A stretch of 64,000 bases of DNA from positions 288,833 to 352,832 of the forward strand of contig NC_068989.1 in the NCBI RefSeq assembly GCF_001194135.2, written 5' to 3'. The notes under the pieces are model-generated. The model had not been told where the DNA came from. It worked only from the letters and a program-made list of their open reading frames with translations, and made no database searches. The stretch comes from Octopus bimaculoides (taxonomy: Eukaryota). Numbering within the stretch: position 1 is the stretch's first letter; every line of letters begins with the position of its first letter. This document shows positions 11,475-21,872 of the stretch, piece by piece. The translations under genes were made by a program, and so were the position numbers.

Positions 11475-11664
11475 ACATTTTAATGTGGCTTGACGGACAA
11501 GAGTTTTTTCTGCTCAGTCTGTATGCCACGGTTGGATTGGGTGCCTGGAGACAGCAGCAACAATTAAGGGAAATCTTGTTAAATACTGCAATGGTAGATG
11601 ATACGGCATTGTAGGTGGAGACAAATATATTCTGTGTGACAGTGATTTCTTTCCAGAACGACAT
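11475..11664 (-). other. Putative first exon shared by the relic gene and the ASB gene (63 open codons + 1 nt)
   Basis: ATG 11664, MSFWKEITVTQNIFVSTYNAV...SSHIKM, GTAAGT donor at 11473-11474; alternative donor GTAAGG at 11419-11420. Confidence 0.5.
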
Positions 11665-11906
11665 CCATTCATAATATGATAGTGAGATTAGACGTAGTCA
11701 TCAGCGAAACACGTTTCCATTCATAAACTGTGAAATTAACAATTTATTATTATAATGACTGACAATTGGGAACGAGGCATTAGCTCCATAGCGTCATTAA
11801 GGGAGCTAAATCTCACTTAGGACTGTCGGTGCTCTCCCCTGATTATTAATATATTTCTTGGAGTTTGGCTTCAGATGAGCTCAGATCAATACTCTCTCTC
11901 TCTCAC

Positions 11907-12127
11907 TTTTACTCTTTTACTTGTTTCAGTCATTTGACTGTCGCCATGCTGGAGCACCGCCTTTAGTCGAGCGAATCGACCTCAGGACTTATTGTTTATA
12001 AGCCTAGTACTTATTCTATCGGTCTCTTTTTGCCGAACCGCTAATTACGGGGACGTAAACACACCAGCATAGGTTGTCAAGCGATGGTGGGAGGACAAAC
12101 ACAGACACACAAACATATATATATATA
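11907..12127 (-). mobile_element. 3' half of a SINE with internal microsatellite (5' half would lie in the gap)
   Basis: actcttttacttgtttcagtcatttgactg...ggttgtcaagcgatggtggg then (CA)/(TA) and N gap; recognised as an octopus-type repeat, not database-checked. Confidence 0.65.
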
Positions 12128-12944
12128 NNNNNNNNNNNNNNNNNNNNNNNNNNNNNNNNNNNNNNNNNNNNNNNNNNNNNNNNNNNNNNNNNNNNNNNNN
12201 NNNNNNNNNNNNNNNNNNNNNNNNNNNNNNNNNNNNNNNNNNNNNNNNNNNNNNNNNNNNNNNNNNNNNNNNNNNNNNNNNNNNNNNNNNNNNNNNNNNN
12301 NNNNNNNNNNNNNNNNNNNNNNNNNNNNNNNNNNNNNNNNNNNNNNNNNNNNNNNNNNNNNNNNNNNNNNNNNNNNNNNNNNNNNNNNNNNNNNNNNNNN
12401 NNNNNNNNNNNNNNNNNNNNNNNNNNNNNNNNNNNNNNNNNNNNNNNNNNNNNNNNNNNNNNNNNNNNNNNNNNNNNNNNNNNNNNNNNNNNNNNNNNNN
12501 NNNNNNNNNNNNNNNNNNNNNNNNNNNNNNNNNNNNNNNNNNNNNNNNNNNNNNNNNNNNNNNNNNNNNNNNNNNNNNNNNNNNNNNNNNNNNNNNNNNN
12601 NNNNNNNNNNNNNNNNNNNNNNNNNNNNNNNNNNNNNNNNNNNNNNNNNNNNNNNNNNNNNNNNNNNNNNNNNNNNNNNNNNNNNNNNNNNNNNNNNNNN
12701 NNNNNNNNNNNNNNNNNNNNNNNNNNNNNNNNNNNNNNNNNNNNNNNNNNNNNNNNNNNNNNNNNNNNNNNNNNNNNNNNNNNNNNNNNNNNNNNNNNNN
12801 NNNNNNNNNNNNNNNNNNNNNNNNNNNNNNNNNNNNNNNNNNNNNNNNNNNNNNNNNNNNNNNNNNNNNNNNNNNNNNNNNNNNNNNNNNNNNNNNNNNN
12901 NNNNNNNNNNNNNNNNNNNNNNNNNNNNNNNNNNNNNNNNNNNN
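12128..12944. other. Assembly gap
   Basis: Run of N; other large gaps at 43773-44723 and 47797-48422, plus several small ones in 42381-45251. Confidence 1.
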
Positions 12945-12960
12945 CTTTGCATATTGATTT

Positions 12961-13312
12961 ACAGTGGAGGCGGCAGGCTCGCAGTCGTAGGATCGCGGTT
13001 TCGATTCTCAGAGCGGGCGTTGAGAGTGCTCATTGAGCGAAAACACCTAAAGCTCCATGAGGCTCTGGCAGGGGATGGTGGCGAATCTTGCTGTACTCTT
13101 TCACCACAACTTTCTCTCACTCTTTCTTTTTATTTCTGTCGTACCTGTATTTCAAAGGGGCTGTTCTTGTCACACACTGTGTCACGTTGAATCTCCCCGA
13201 GAACCACGTTAAGGGTACACGTGTCTGTGAAGTGCTCACGTTAATTTCACGAGCAGGCTGTTCCGTTGGTCGGATCAACTGGAACCCTCGTCGTCGTAAC
13301 CGACGGAGTGTC
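12961..13312 (+). mobile_element. tRNA-derived SINE, near full length
   Basis: B-box-like ggtttcgattc near 12997; 3' part ggatcaactggaaccctcgtcgtcgtaaccgacggagtg is homologous to the inverted copy at 15228. Confidence 0.7.
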
Positions 13313-13680
13313 ACGATGATTGATTTACAAGGTTTTTAATAACTTTCTGTACCGCGTCATATCGTATTTTTTGCTAAACTCGTTTTCCATTTTGCTTTGT
13401 TATTGTGTTTACATAAGCTTCCCCATGTTTCCGTAAAAGTTTATGTACACATACTGGGAACATTCAAGACTTTCATCTAAGCCACAACAGAGACTTGTTA
13501 TTGTATACAAACTTACGCCTCTTAATCGAAGAAACTGATACAGCGACTCCATTTCAATTGATAGAATCGACTTCCTCTAATCGAGTCAATGTATTGTGTT
13601 TACTCGTCCCATTGTAGCGGACAAAAAAAAAAAATTTAGTCTATTAGATGTAAAACAACTTGCTTTGAAAGAATATCAAG

Positions 13681-13681
<1 letters not shown>

Positions 13682-13766
<85 letters not shown>

Positions 13767-13770
13767 TATA
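13682..13770. repeat. Compound (CA)n(TA)n microsatellite
   Basis: Direct reading; many similar (TA)n, (CT)n, (CA)n, (AG)n tracts occur throughout the window. Confidence 0.95.
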
Positions 13771-13960
13771 TATTTAACATATGCGTTTTACTCCATTTAC
13801 TAAATTCATATATTTACTCAGGTACCCAAAATAACAAGGAGTTTCTACTTCATAAACAGGAGTTACACCGCAGTCATTTTGTGATCTTTGCTACCCTGGT
13901 ATCTATTAACCAATTTATTTTGTCCGAGTTAATTATTAACTTAGAGAAAATAAATACATA

Positions 13961-14001
<41 letters not shown>

Positions 14002-14239
14002 CCTATTTCAAAGAAATTCGAACAATACATATAAGACCTAAGTTCAAAAGATTCTCAACAATTCAACTTCTCTGGTTGACATTAAGACACCCCCCCCCCC
14101 CAATAGGGGCCTTAACTCCCACATTTTAGAGCTCCATGACCTCCATTTTTTAGGAGCAAAATCCTTTTAACAGGTTCCATAAGACTGGAATTTTGGATTC
14201 TGCACATAAAGATCAGTAGTATAGGATACATGTGTCATG

Positions 14240-14400
14240 ATTAGAATTTTTTTAGGGTGTGTAAAGAGGGAGAGAACCCCCGTCTGCAATTTGGATGAAA
14301 TTTGAATCGTAGGTATTCCAGTTCATTAGAGAAAATATAACAGAAAAGTCTAATTCTACAATTGCATGTAACACGAGCAACGCCGGGTATCTCTGCTAGT
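14240..14400 (+). mobile_element. Helitron-like 3' terminus
   Basis: acgagcaacgccgggtatctctgCTAG|T: degraded GC-rich hairpin, short spacer, CTAG followed by T; 5' limit uncertain. Confidence 0.5.
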
Positions 14401-15227
14401 TTAGTATAAAGCAAAGGAATCTGTTTATTGTTGAGAATGTAAACAATAGCAAGAAAAAATGATTGAATGATTTATCGACCTTTAACCAAACGTTTCCATC
14501 ATTTTTCTTTTTCTGTTTACTTAATTGTATCTTGATGCTTTGTTTAAACTTGATATTTCTGACCGTAATATTTTGACCATCATCAAAGTTGTTACTGGAA
14601 ATCGATGATTTATCCATTCTACTTAATTACGTGGGCTAGAAGAGATGTTGTTGTTCTTTTTATGCTTTTATTTTCAAAGTTAAGGGATTTCAAAGGAGAA
14701 TTTAAAGAAAATCAAGAACCGGCAGCGAACGAAATGTAGAATTTTGTTGTGCGGGTCACATGTAAGTGTGCGTATGTTTGTGTTATGTGTAAATCGAAAA
14801 ATTACAACAACATTTTTTCTCTCACTATACGTTAATGACAAACCCCACGGTTGGAACCTTCGCTATCAGCTGGACCATTGCAACATGTTACAAACCTGCA
14901 ACTAAATTCCTTTTCTCCTCACCATCCACCCTGTTATACGGCCACTGCAGTACACCACCCTCCGCAATTTCCATTTCTTACAGTCCAACTTGCAACTGAT
15001 CGCATCTGTCCACTCCACTTCCCACCTCTCCTCTTCCAAGAAAGGACAATAGTCTGTGTGACCTCGTCGGAAGTACACTTGCTCCGAATTAAACTCAATT
15101 TGAAACCTTCACTTGCTCCATCACTCGATGTTACCCCTAGATCTACTACACACTTCTATGCGGCCCCAAATGCACATTTAATATACTTGATCACTTTTCC
15201 CCGCACTGTTTCTAGCCTTAAAAAACT

Positions 15228-15432
15228 GGCACTCTGTCGGTTACGACGATGGATACTCCAGTTGATCCGATCACCGGAACGGCCTGCTCGTGAAATTAAC
15301 GTGCAAGTGGCTGAGCACTCCACAGACACGTGTACTCTTAACATCGTTCTCAATGCAATCCAGCATAACACACAATGTGACAAGGCTGGTCCTTTGAATC
15401 ACAGACACAACTAACTTTGCTCAAGGACATTA
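15228..15432 (-). mobile_element. SINE 3' part, same family as 12961-13312, opposite orientation
   Basis: ctgtcggttacgacgatggatactccagttgatccgatcaccggaacggcctgctcgtgaaattaacgtg is the reverse-complement homolog. Confidence 0.75.
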
Positions 15433-16064
15433 AGCATCTTAGTTAAGGACACCACCTTCGTGCATTGAATATCCCTAATCATTAAGCCACACATCTTTGT
15501 TTCCAACTTCATATAACGTTTAACATTTCGTCTCTGCAACTCAAGGAACCTCATTTTTACACCACCTCTTCATGTATCACTAGTTTGGCTCCAGTACTCT
15601 CTCTCTCTCTCTCATTCGTCAGAACTATGCTTTCTTCCTTCTTGTTTTTCTTTTTTTCTTTTTGTGTCCATTTATGAGTTTCCCTATCCTAAGATTGCTG
15701 ATTGCAGCTTGGTCTCCACAATGTTTTATAAATGTGCACATTCGTCTGGTTGCCTAATGTTCTGTGCACAGATACAGTCGCCAGTACGGCTGTGTATCTC
15801 TGCTCGTTATCTTTTTTGTGCGTTGCACTCACCACAACGCTACCTATCCCCTTTTTTAAAACATTCGAAATAACGTTCAGTTATTGTCCTTTCTTTATTG
15901 TTTATTGTCTCCTCCTCATTTCTTTTCTCCCTCCTCCTCCTCTCTTTCATATCTCCTCTCTTTCGTTGACAACAGCTGGAAGAACACCTTTATCCTTTAA
16001 TCGTTGTTGAATAACAAAAGCTCGAAGCATTATTTCTACATTCTTCAAAGTATTCTGTTTAACA

Positions 16065-16185
16065 TTATTGCCTTTCATCCCTTCAGGCTCCATAAAATAA
16101 GTACCAGTTGTGTACTTGGGTCAATATAATCAACTTACCCTCTCCCCCATAATTCCGGGCCTTGTGCCTAGAGTAAAAAGAATTA
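16065..16185 (+). mobile_element. tRNA-derived SINE 3' fragment
   Basis: gcctttcatcccttcagg..ataaaataagtaccagttg..ggccttgtgcc, homologous to 18271-18480. Confidence 0.65.
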
Positions 16186-16504
16186 TTGGAATGGTTTCTT
16201 TTTCTCTAGAAATTTCATGCAAATAATTTTCTCCAGAATTTTTGGGAGATGAGAGGTGCATAGGGAAGAGTAAGCCAAGATATAGACAAATGGCTGAAGG
16301 TTATTGGAACAGAATGTCCGGTAGAGCTCCTACAGAAAGTTTGTCTCTTAGGGAGAGCAAGGATTATCAGGAGGGTTCTAAGCACTTGAAAGACTGTTGA
16401 AAACTGTGGATACCTAAGGTTACATGTAGCACCCTGCTACCTACATAAATCCTACCAGGAATAAGACAGAACCCTGAGTCAAACCAAATAATAATAATAA
16501 TAAT

Positions 16505-16655
16505 AATCCTTTCTACTAAAGTCACAATTTGGGGGAAAGGGGTAAGTCAATTACATTGACCCCAAAAGAACGAAAGGCAAAGCTATCTCAGTGGAATTTG
16601 AACTCACAACATAAAGATGGACGAAATGCTACTCAGCATTTTGCTTGGTGAGCTA
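16505..16655 (-). mobile_element. Same SINE family, inverted copy
   Basis: gaaaggcaaag..gaatttgaactcacaacataaagatggacgaaatgc, reverse complement of the 18271 family. Confidence 0.6.
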
Positions 16656-18270
16656 ATGATAATAATTCTTCAACCAGAAACAAGTTGTCCAATTTCACTC
16701 AGCACTATGCAACTATTAAATCCCCTCCCAATCCATAATGACCCTACTGTTTTATCTATTTTTGTTTCTAGACACCTGGGTATTGTTTCTGTTATTACAC
16801 TTACATACATGTATGTATATTTTTCTTATTCTACGCATACACACATGCACTCAAGGCTCGCACACACTTTCCTTTGGGAATTGTCGAATTGTGTTCATCT
16901 CCATCTTCTTCGCCTGTTCTGATCGAATGTAATCTTCATCTTTTGCATTGTCCTGTTTTATGGATTTCCATGCAACTCACGGTAGCATGTATTTAACCAT
17001 CTGCAAACACTGGCATCTTGTAGTTCCCTCTCACACACTGCTATTTCTTTGCATTTTCAAGGATTCAAACTCCAAATGAGAAATTATCAGTTTGTGATCA
17101 TGAGTGATCAATCACTACAGTTTCACGTGATTGATCAAAACATTGACCAATGAGCATGAAGCTGTGACGTGGATGGCTCCTCAAATCTTCTAAACATCCA
17201 CACCCTTTTACCCCAGTTAAACAGTTTGGAACCTAAATCCCTACAGACCGCAGTTAGCCTTGAAACAAGACACCTCGTGCTTCTCTTCTCGATGCTTGAA
17301 CAATATGTGGAGGGTATTTGTATCTGCATTTTTTCTCTTCACAGCCATGTAGTATTGCTGTCCTATACACAGTCATCATACAACCTGCCTTTCGCCATGA
17401 GAAAGACGCCTTTTGTTACCAACAGAAGCAATAGGTCTCTGAACTTTCTCCTATCAGATCTTATCCTAGCAACTATGCTTTCAGAGCATCCACTTCCGTT
17501 GTTAATTAGATCATCTAGATAACAGAAACTGACTACTACTACTACTACTACTACTTTTGGGGAACTTCTTGACCATTCCAGAACATCTCTTTTCTTGTGT
17601 GCTCTTATTATTTATTGCTCTTGCACATTCTTCATTCTCTGTAACCTTCCTCTCATCCCAGCGCACCTCTTCCTTATCCATAGTCTCTGCTGCTTACACC
17701 GTACACAATTTCTAAACCTGCCATCCTTGTCTACACACAGAACAGGACCATTTCCTCATCACTCCTCACCTGTTATTCTATTCTCACTCAGTTCCCTTCA
17801 CATCCACCTTTTCTGTTCCTCATATTCACCTTGTACACTGGCCTCGTTTTCTCTTTCTCACTGTCACTCTTTCTTTCTGTCTGTCTGTCTGTCCAGAGGG
17901 GCAAAGCCAAACTCTTCACCTGCTCAAGAAGTCACCAGCTCCCATCCCCTCTATCCTAGTTTCTTATTACTCAATTCTATACGCATTACATGGGTCTTAT
18001 CTTGCAAGGATTTTTGACCTCGCTGAAGTTGGTGCCACCCTGTGAATTGGTTGGCATTATGAAGGGCTTCAGCTGTATGAACCATGTCAAAGCAGACAAT
18101 GGAACTTGGCGCAGCACTCTGGCGCCTCTCTTCACACCGAACCACCCAACCCATGCCAGCTTGAAAAAAGGAACGTTAAATAAAAATGATGATAATGAGG
18201 AGGAGGATTCATATGTACATGACTACTTCATTGACAGTGTTTAAATCGCAAAGAAAGAGCAATGTAGAGC

Positions 18271-18480
18271 AGTGAGCTGGCAGAATCATTGAACGCCAGA
18301 CAAAGTACTTAACGACATCTTGTCCATCTTTACGTTCTGAGTTCAAATTCCTCCGAAGTTCACTTTGCCTGTCATCTTTTCAGGGCTGATAAAATAAGTA
18401 CCAGTTGAGCACCGGAGTCAATCTAATCGATTGAACCCTTCCCCAAAAATTTCTGGCCTTGTGCCAAAATTTGAAACCAA
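18271..18480 (+). mobile_element. tRNA-derived SINE, near full length
   Basis: gagctggcagaatc (A-box-like), gagttcaaattc (B-box-like), aaataagtaccagttg, ggccttgtgccaaaatttgaaacc. Confidence 0.75.
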
Positions 18481-18641
18481 TGAGTCATGCCTCTAGGCTA
18501 GAAACCAGCTCCAGTGGGTGAAAAGGTTAAAATATGAAACATCAAACGTACACACACATACACACACATGTACACATACATATATACGGACATATATGTA
18601 TTCATGTACACACACACATATATATACAGTATATACACACA

Positions 18642-18711
18642 CAGGATGGTGCAAAAGTAAGCTAACACTTGTATATTATATACACTGTATGACTACTTTT
18701 GCACCACCCTG
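18642..18711. mobile_element. 70-bp Tc1/mariner-type MITE
   Basis: 18-bp TIRs caggatggtgcaaaagta / tacttttgcaccaccctg (1 mismatch). Confidence 0.7.
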
Positions 18712-18756
18712 TGTGTGTACATTATATATATATATANNNNNNNNNNGTGTGTGTAC

Positions 18757-18833
<77 letters not shown>

Positions 18834-19364
18834 TAATATACTTCAAATAATATTTGTCTAGTCATTACGTTCACACTCCAAACTACGGTGTGTATTTGAA
18901 CTGCTTTGTGACAATACAAACATTCAAGTCCTGGCTAGTTGCGTGCACAAAAACAAAATCAACTGGCAATCAAGAAATACGCATGAATAAAACAATTACA
19001 CAAGTATTGTTTTTTCTAGGAATTGTTTTAATGTTTTTCTTTAAATTATAGATGTGCTAAACATACATATACATATAAAAACATATATACAAACACACAT
19101 ACACACACATATATGTAAAGAGAGAGATAGAGTGGTGACAGGGAGACAGAGAAAGATAGAGAAGGAACAGAGAGGAAGATAAACACACACACACACACAC
19201 ACACACCTAAACACCTACGCACGCACACACATACACACACACAAATATATAGCTAGCTGCAGGATTTGCTCAAAACCAATTTCAAAATCTTCACCAGCCT
19301 GACACCATCAATGAGATTTCTGATTTCTTCTATGTAAGTTGGATATTTTCTCAAACTTCCATTA

Positions 19365-19447
19365 TGTTTACAGGTGTAGATTATGTTTACAGGTGTAGAT
19401 TACAGGTGTAGATTATGTTTACAGGTGTAGATTACAGGTGTAGATTA
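19365..19447. repeat. Minisatellite of mixed 13/19-bp units (tacaggtgtagat)
   Basis: Five copies of tacaggtgtagat, some preceded by tatgtt. Confidence 0.9.
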
Positions 19448-19600
19448 TGACTGTATACATGCATGTATGGGTGTGTGCACCTGCATGTGTGCGTTTGTGT
19501 AAAATATGGTCCAAATGCAGGAAATATTTATATATGTAGAATATGTTTACATGCTTAGAAATGTAGAATGTGTATATATGTATGTATAATAATAATAATA

Positions 19601-20187
19601 TGTGCCTGGCATACCCTTATCAGACTGGTAATCATGATGGGTATACTGACCTTCGTATATTTTACCCCAGTGTCACTTTGATGGCAAGCACTGTTCTCTC
19701 ACTCAATAATAATGGTATAAAAGACAGGCTACAGCAAATATTCTGCTCAATACCACAGATTCTGCTTGTCAGTTGACCTTAACCAGTTGAGCATATCACT
19801 TATTGGCTGACAATATGTGCATCTCTGATCATGAGCAGAAGTAGTGGAGGAGCATCATAGCCATGTGTTAAGAGGAATTCTTTGGGGTTTGGATAATTCA
19901 CCTTCGGAAACATGGGTGTTTCATTCAGAATCCTTAAACAACCCTTATTCAGGGACCTTTTGAGTGGGATGGGCTACTCAACCTGAAGAAAATTCTAACT
20001 GGGCTCCACCTGCAAGGTGATGCTCTGTATATATTGATAGGAGATCGCCATGTTACTCACATATGGTTGTGATGCGTGTGCCTGGTATACCCTTATCAGA
20101 TGGGTAGTCATGATGGGTATACTGGGTTTCGTATATTTTACCCCAATGTCACTTTGTTGGCACAACTCCTCTCTCACTCAATAATAA
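19601..20187 (+). mobile_element. (AAT)n-tailed interspersed element: truncated copy followed by a ~480-bp copy
   Basis: tgtgcctgg..tacccttatcaga..ctctcactcaataataa at 19601-19713 recurs at 20076-20187. Confidence 0.65.
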
Positions 20188-20401
20188 CTAGAAAAGCACT
20201 CAGAGAGTGCAAACCTCTGCCAAGCAGCTCATTTCCACCCATGTCCACCCATGCTGAAAATCACCCAATTTCCCAAACCAACGCTGGCAAAAACATAACC
20301 TCCTCCCATACTTATCTCGACCATCATCATCATCAACATTTGTCTCTGCTTTCACCACAATCACTGTCAAAACTACGACCACCACAATCAGTTTCTTTAC
20401 A

Positions 20402-20700
20402 CAGTTGAAAATCCATTATCCGATACTCATGGGACCGAGATTGTTGCAGATTTTTGATTTTTCTAATTTCGGATGGTGGATGTCAGTCGGTTAATGTGAA
20501 CAGTGGCTTCTTTGCTGAGAGGAGGATAGTTTTGAACTGGCTGCGAAAATAGTCAGTGTGAAGTTGGCAACGTAAAGAATGCGGAGTGGGAAGTTGGTCA
20601 CCAGACTAACGTGAATTGTAAGCAAGAGAGGAGCCCAGTTGGAAAAGATGGAAAATAAATCATTTGACTGGTGAATAAAAAAGCTCATCAAAAGAAGTTT
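20402..20700 (+). mobile_element. pogo/Tigger-like DNA transposon remnant
   Basis: TIR-like cagttgaaaatccattatccgatactcatgggacc; degenerate IVSKRGAQLEKMENKSFDW* resembles the CENP-B-type HTH region. Confidence 0.4.
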
Positions 20701-21078
20701 ATTCTACACATTTTAAAAGTAATACCAGAAACTATTTTCTCCATAAATTCAAATTCTTGACTTCATGAGTATCCTCTCTGTCGTGACTTGCAAGGTGCAA
20801 GAAGGCTGAAATGTGTACGGCATTCTTGCTTCCGGGACAATTCACCATCTCTGTATATGAAATGTAATATATGTTAAATAATACATACATACATATGTAT
20901 TATTTAGCACAGCAGATCTATAAGAAATTTTATCTTGGACGAAAAGCATTGTAACTTGCATTGTAATTTAATGTATGGATGTAAATTACATCCATACATT
21001 AAATATGGCACATAAACTACTAATTTAATACAAGTGTAATTTAATATAGGAATGTGTATGGGGGTTTGTGTGTGTATG

Positions 21079-21126
<48 letters not shown>

Positions 21127-21130
<4 letters not shown>

Positions 21131-21310
21131 GTCATTCAACTTTTCTCAACTGATCAATAGACCAATTGAGTAAAACGACCTTAAAAATTAATGCTGTTTT
21201 CCTCAGAGCCATTTCTGGTTATATAACCAGAAATGGCTCCGACGAAAGTAGCATTAACTTTTAGGTCATTCAACTTTTCTCAAATGATCAATAGACCAAC
21301 TGAGTAAACC
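21127..21310. repeat. 134-bp-period repeat containing a ~92-bp hairpin with a perfect 34-bp palindrome
   Basis: ttaggtcattcaacttttctcaa at 21127 and 21261; gagccatttctggttat|ataaccagaaatggctc at 21206-21239. Confidence 0.9.
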
Positions 21311-21620
21311 TATCAGTTACAAACCTATAATGACTACTGGAAACAGTTGTAAGCCAAAATTACTCCAATAACGGGAAAATGTGTAATGACCATTATTAAT
21401 ACATTGTCTTGTATATCGCTCTGGGTAAAAAGCCAGTATAACTGGAACGCAACCACGGATTTACATTATAAAATGGTAATGAACTATAATCTCAGAGACC
21501 CTGCCACAAGAATACTTTGAGTTCTTCACTACTCTAGACAATATTGTTAGCCTGGTGTTCTAACAGACAGCTTATGAAGTATTCTGCTTGGATTGATAAC
21601 TCTCCACTAATATCTCTGTA

Positions 21621-21651
<31 letters not shown>

Positions 21652-21720
21652 AAGGAACACATCTAGGCAATCAATACAAATTCCAAAGCATAATTTAAAC
21701 ATACACAACAAAATAAATAT

Positions 21721-21872
21721 AGGCGCAGGAGTGGCTGTGTGGTAAATAGCTTGCTTACCAACCACATGGTTCCAGGTTCAGTCCTACTGTGTGACACCTT
21801 GGTGAACTGTCTTCTACTATAGCCTCAGGCCGACCAAAGCCTTGTGAGTGGATTTGGTAGATGGCATCGTTC
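21721..21872 (+). mobile_element. tRNA-derived SINE 5' part
   Basis: ggcgcaggagtggctgtgtggt (A-box-like), ggttccaggttcagtcc (B-box-like), gaccaaagccttgtgagtggatttggtag. Confidence 0.7.

Noticed and set aside
12074-13190. ORFs made mostly of X (also 43659-44993 and 47603-48668)
   Set aside because: Artefacts of N gaps
14851-15414. 187-aa ORF sharing a peptide (RLRR..QLIR..PAREINV) with minus ORF 13117..13314
   Set aside because: The similarity comes from two copies of the same SINE, not a gene family
12961-21872. tRNA genes
   Set aside because: A/B-box-like motifs continue into SINE bodies and no full cloverleaf was found
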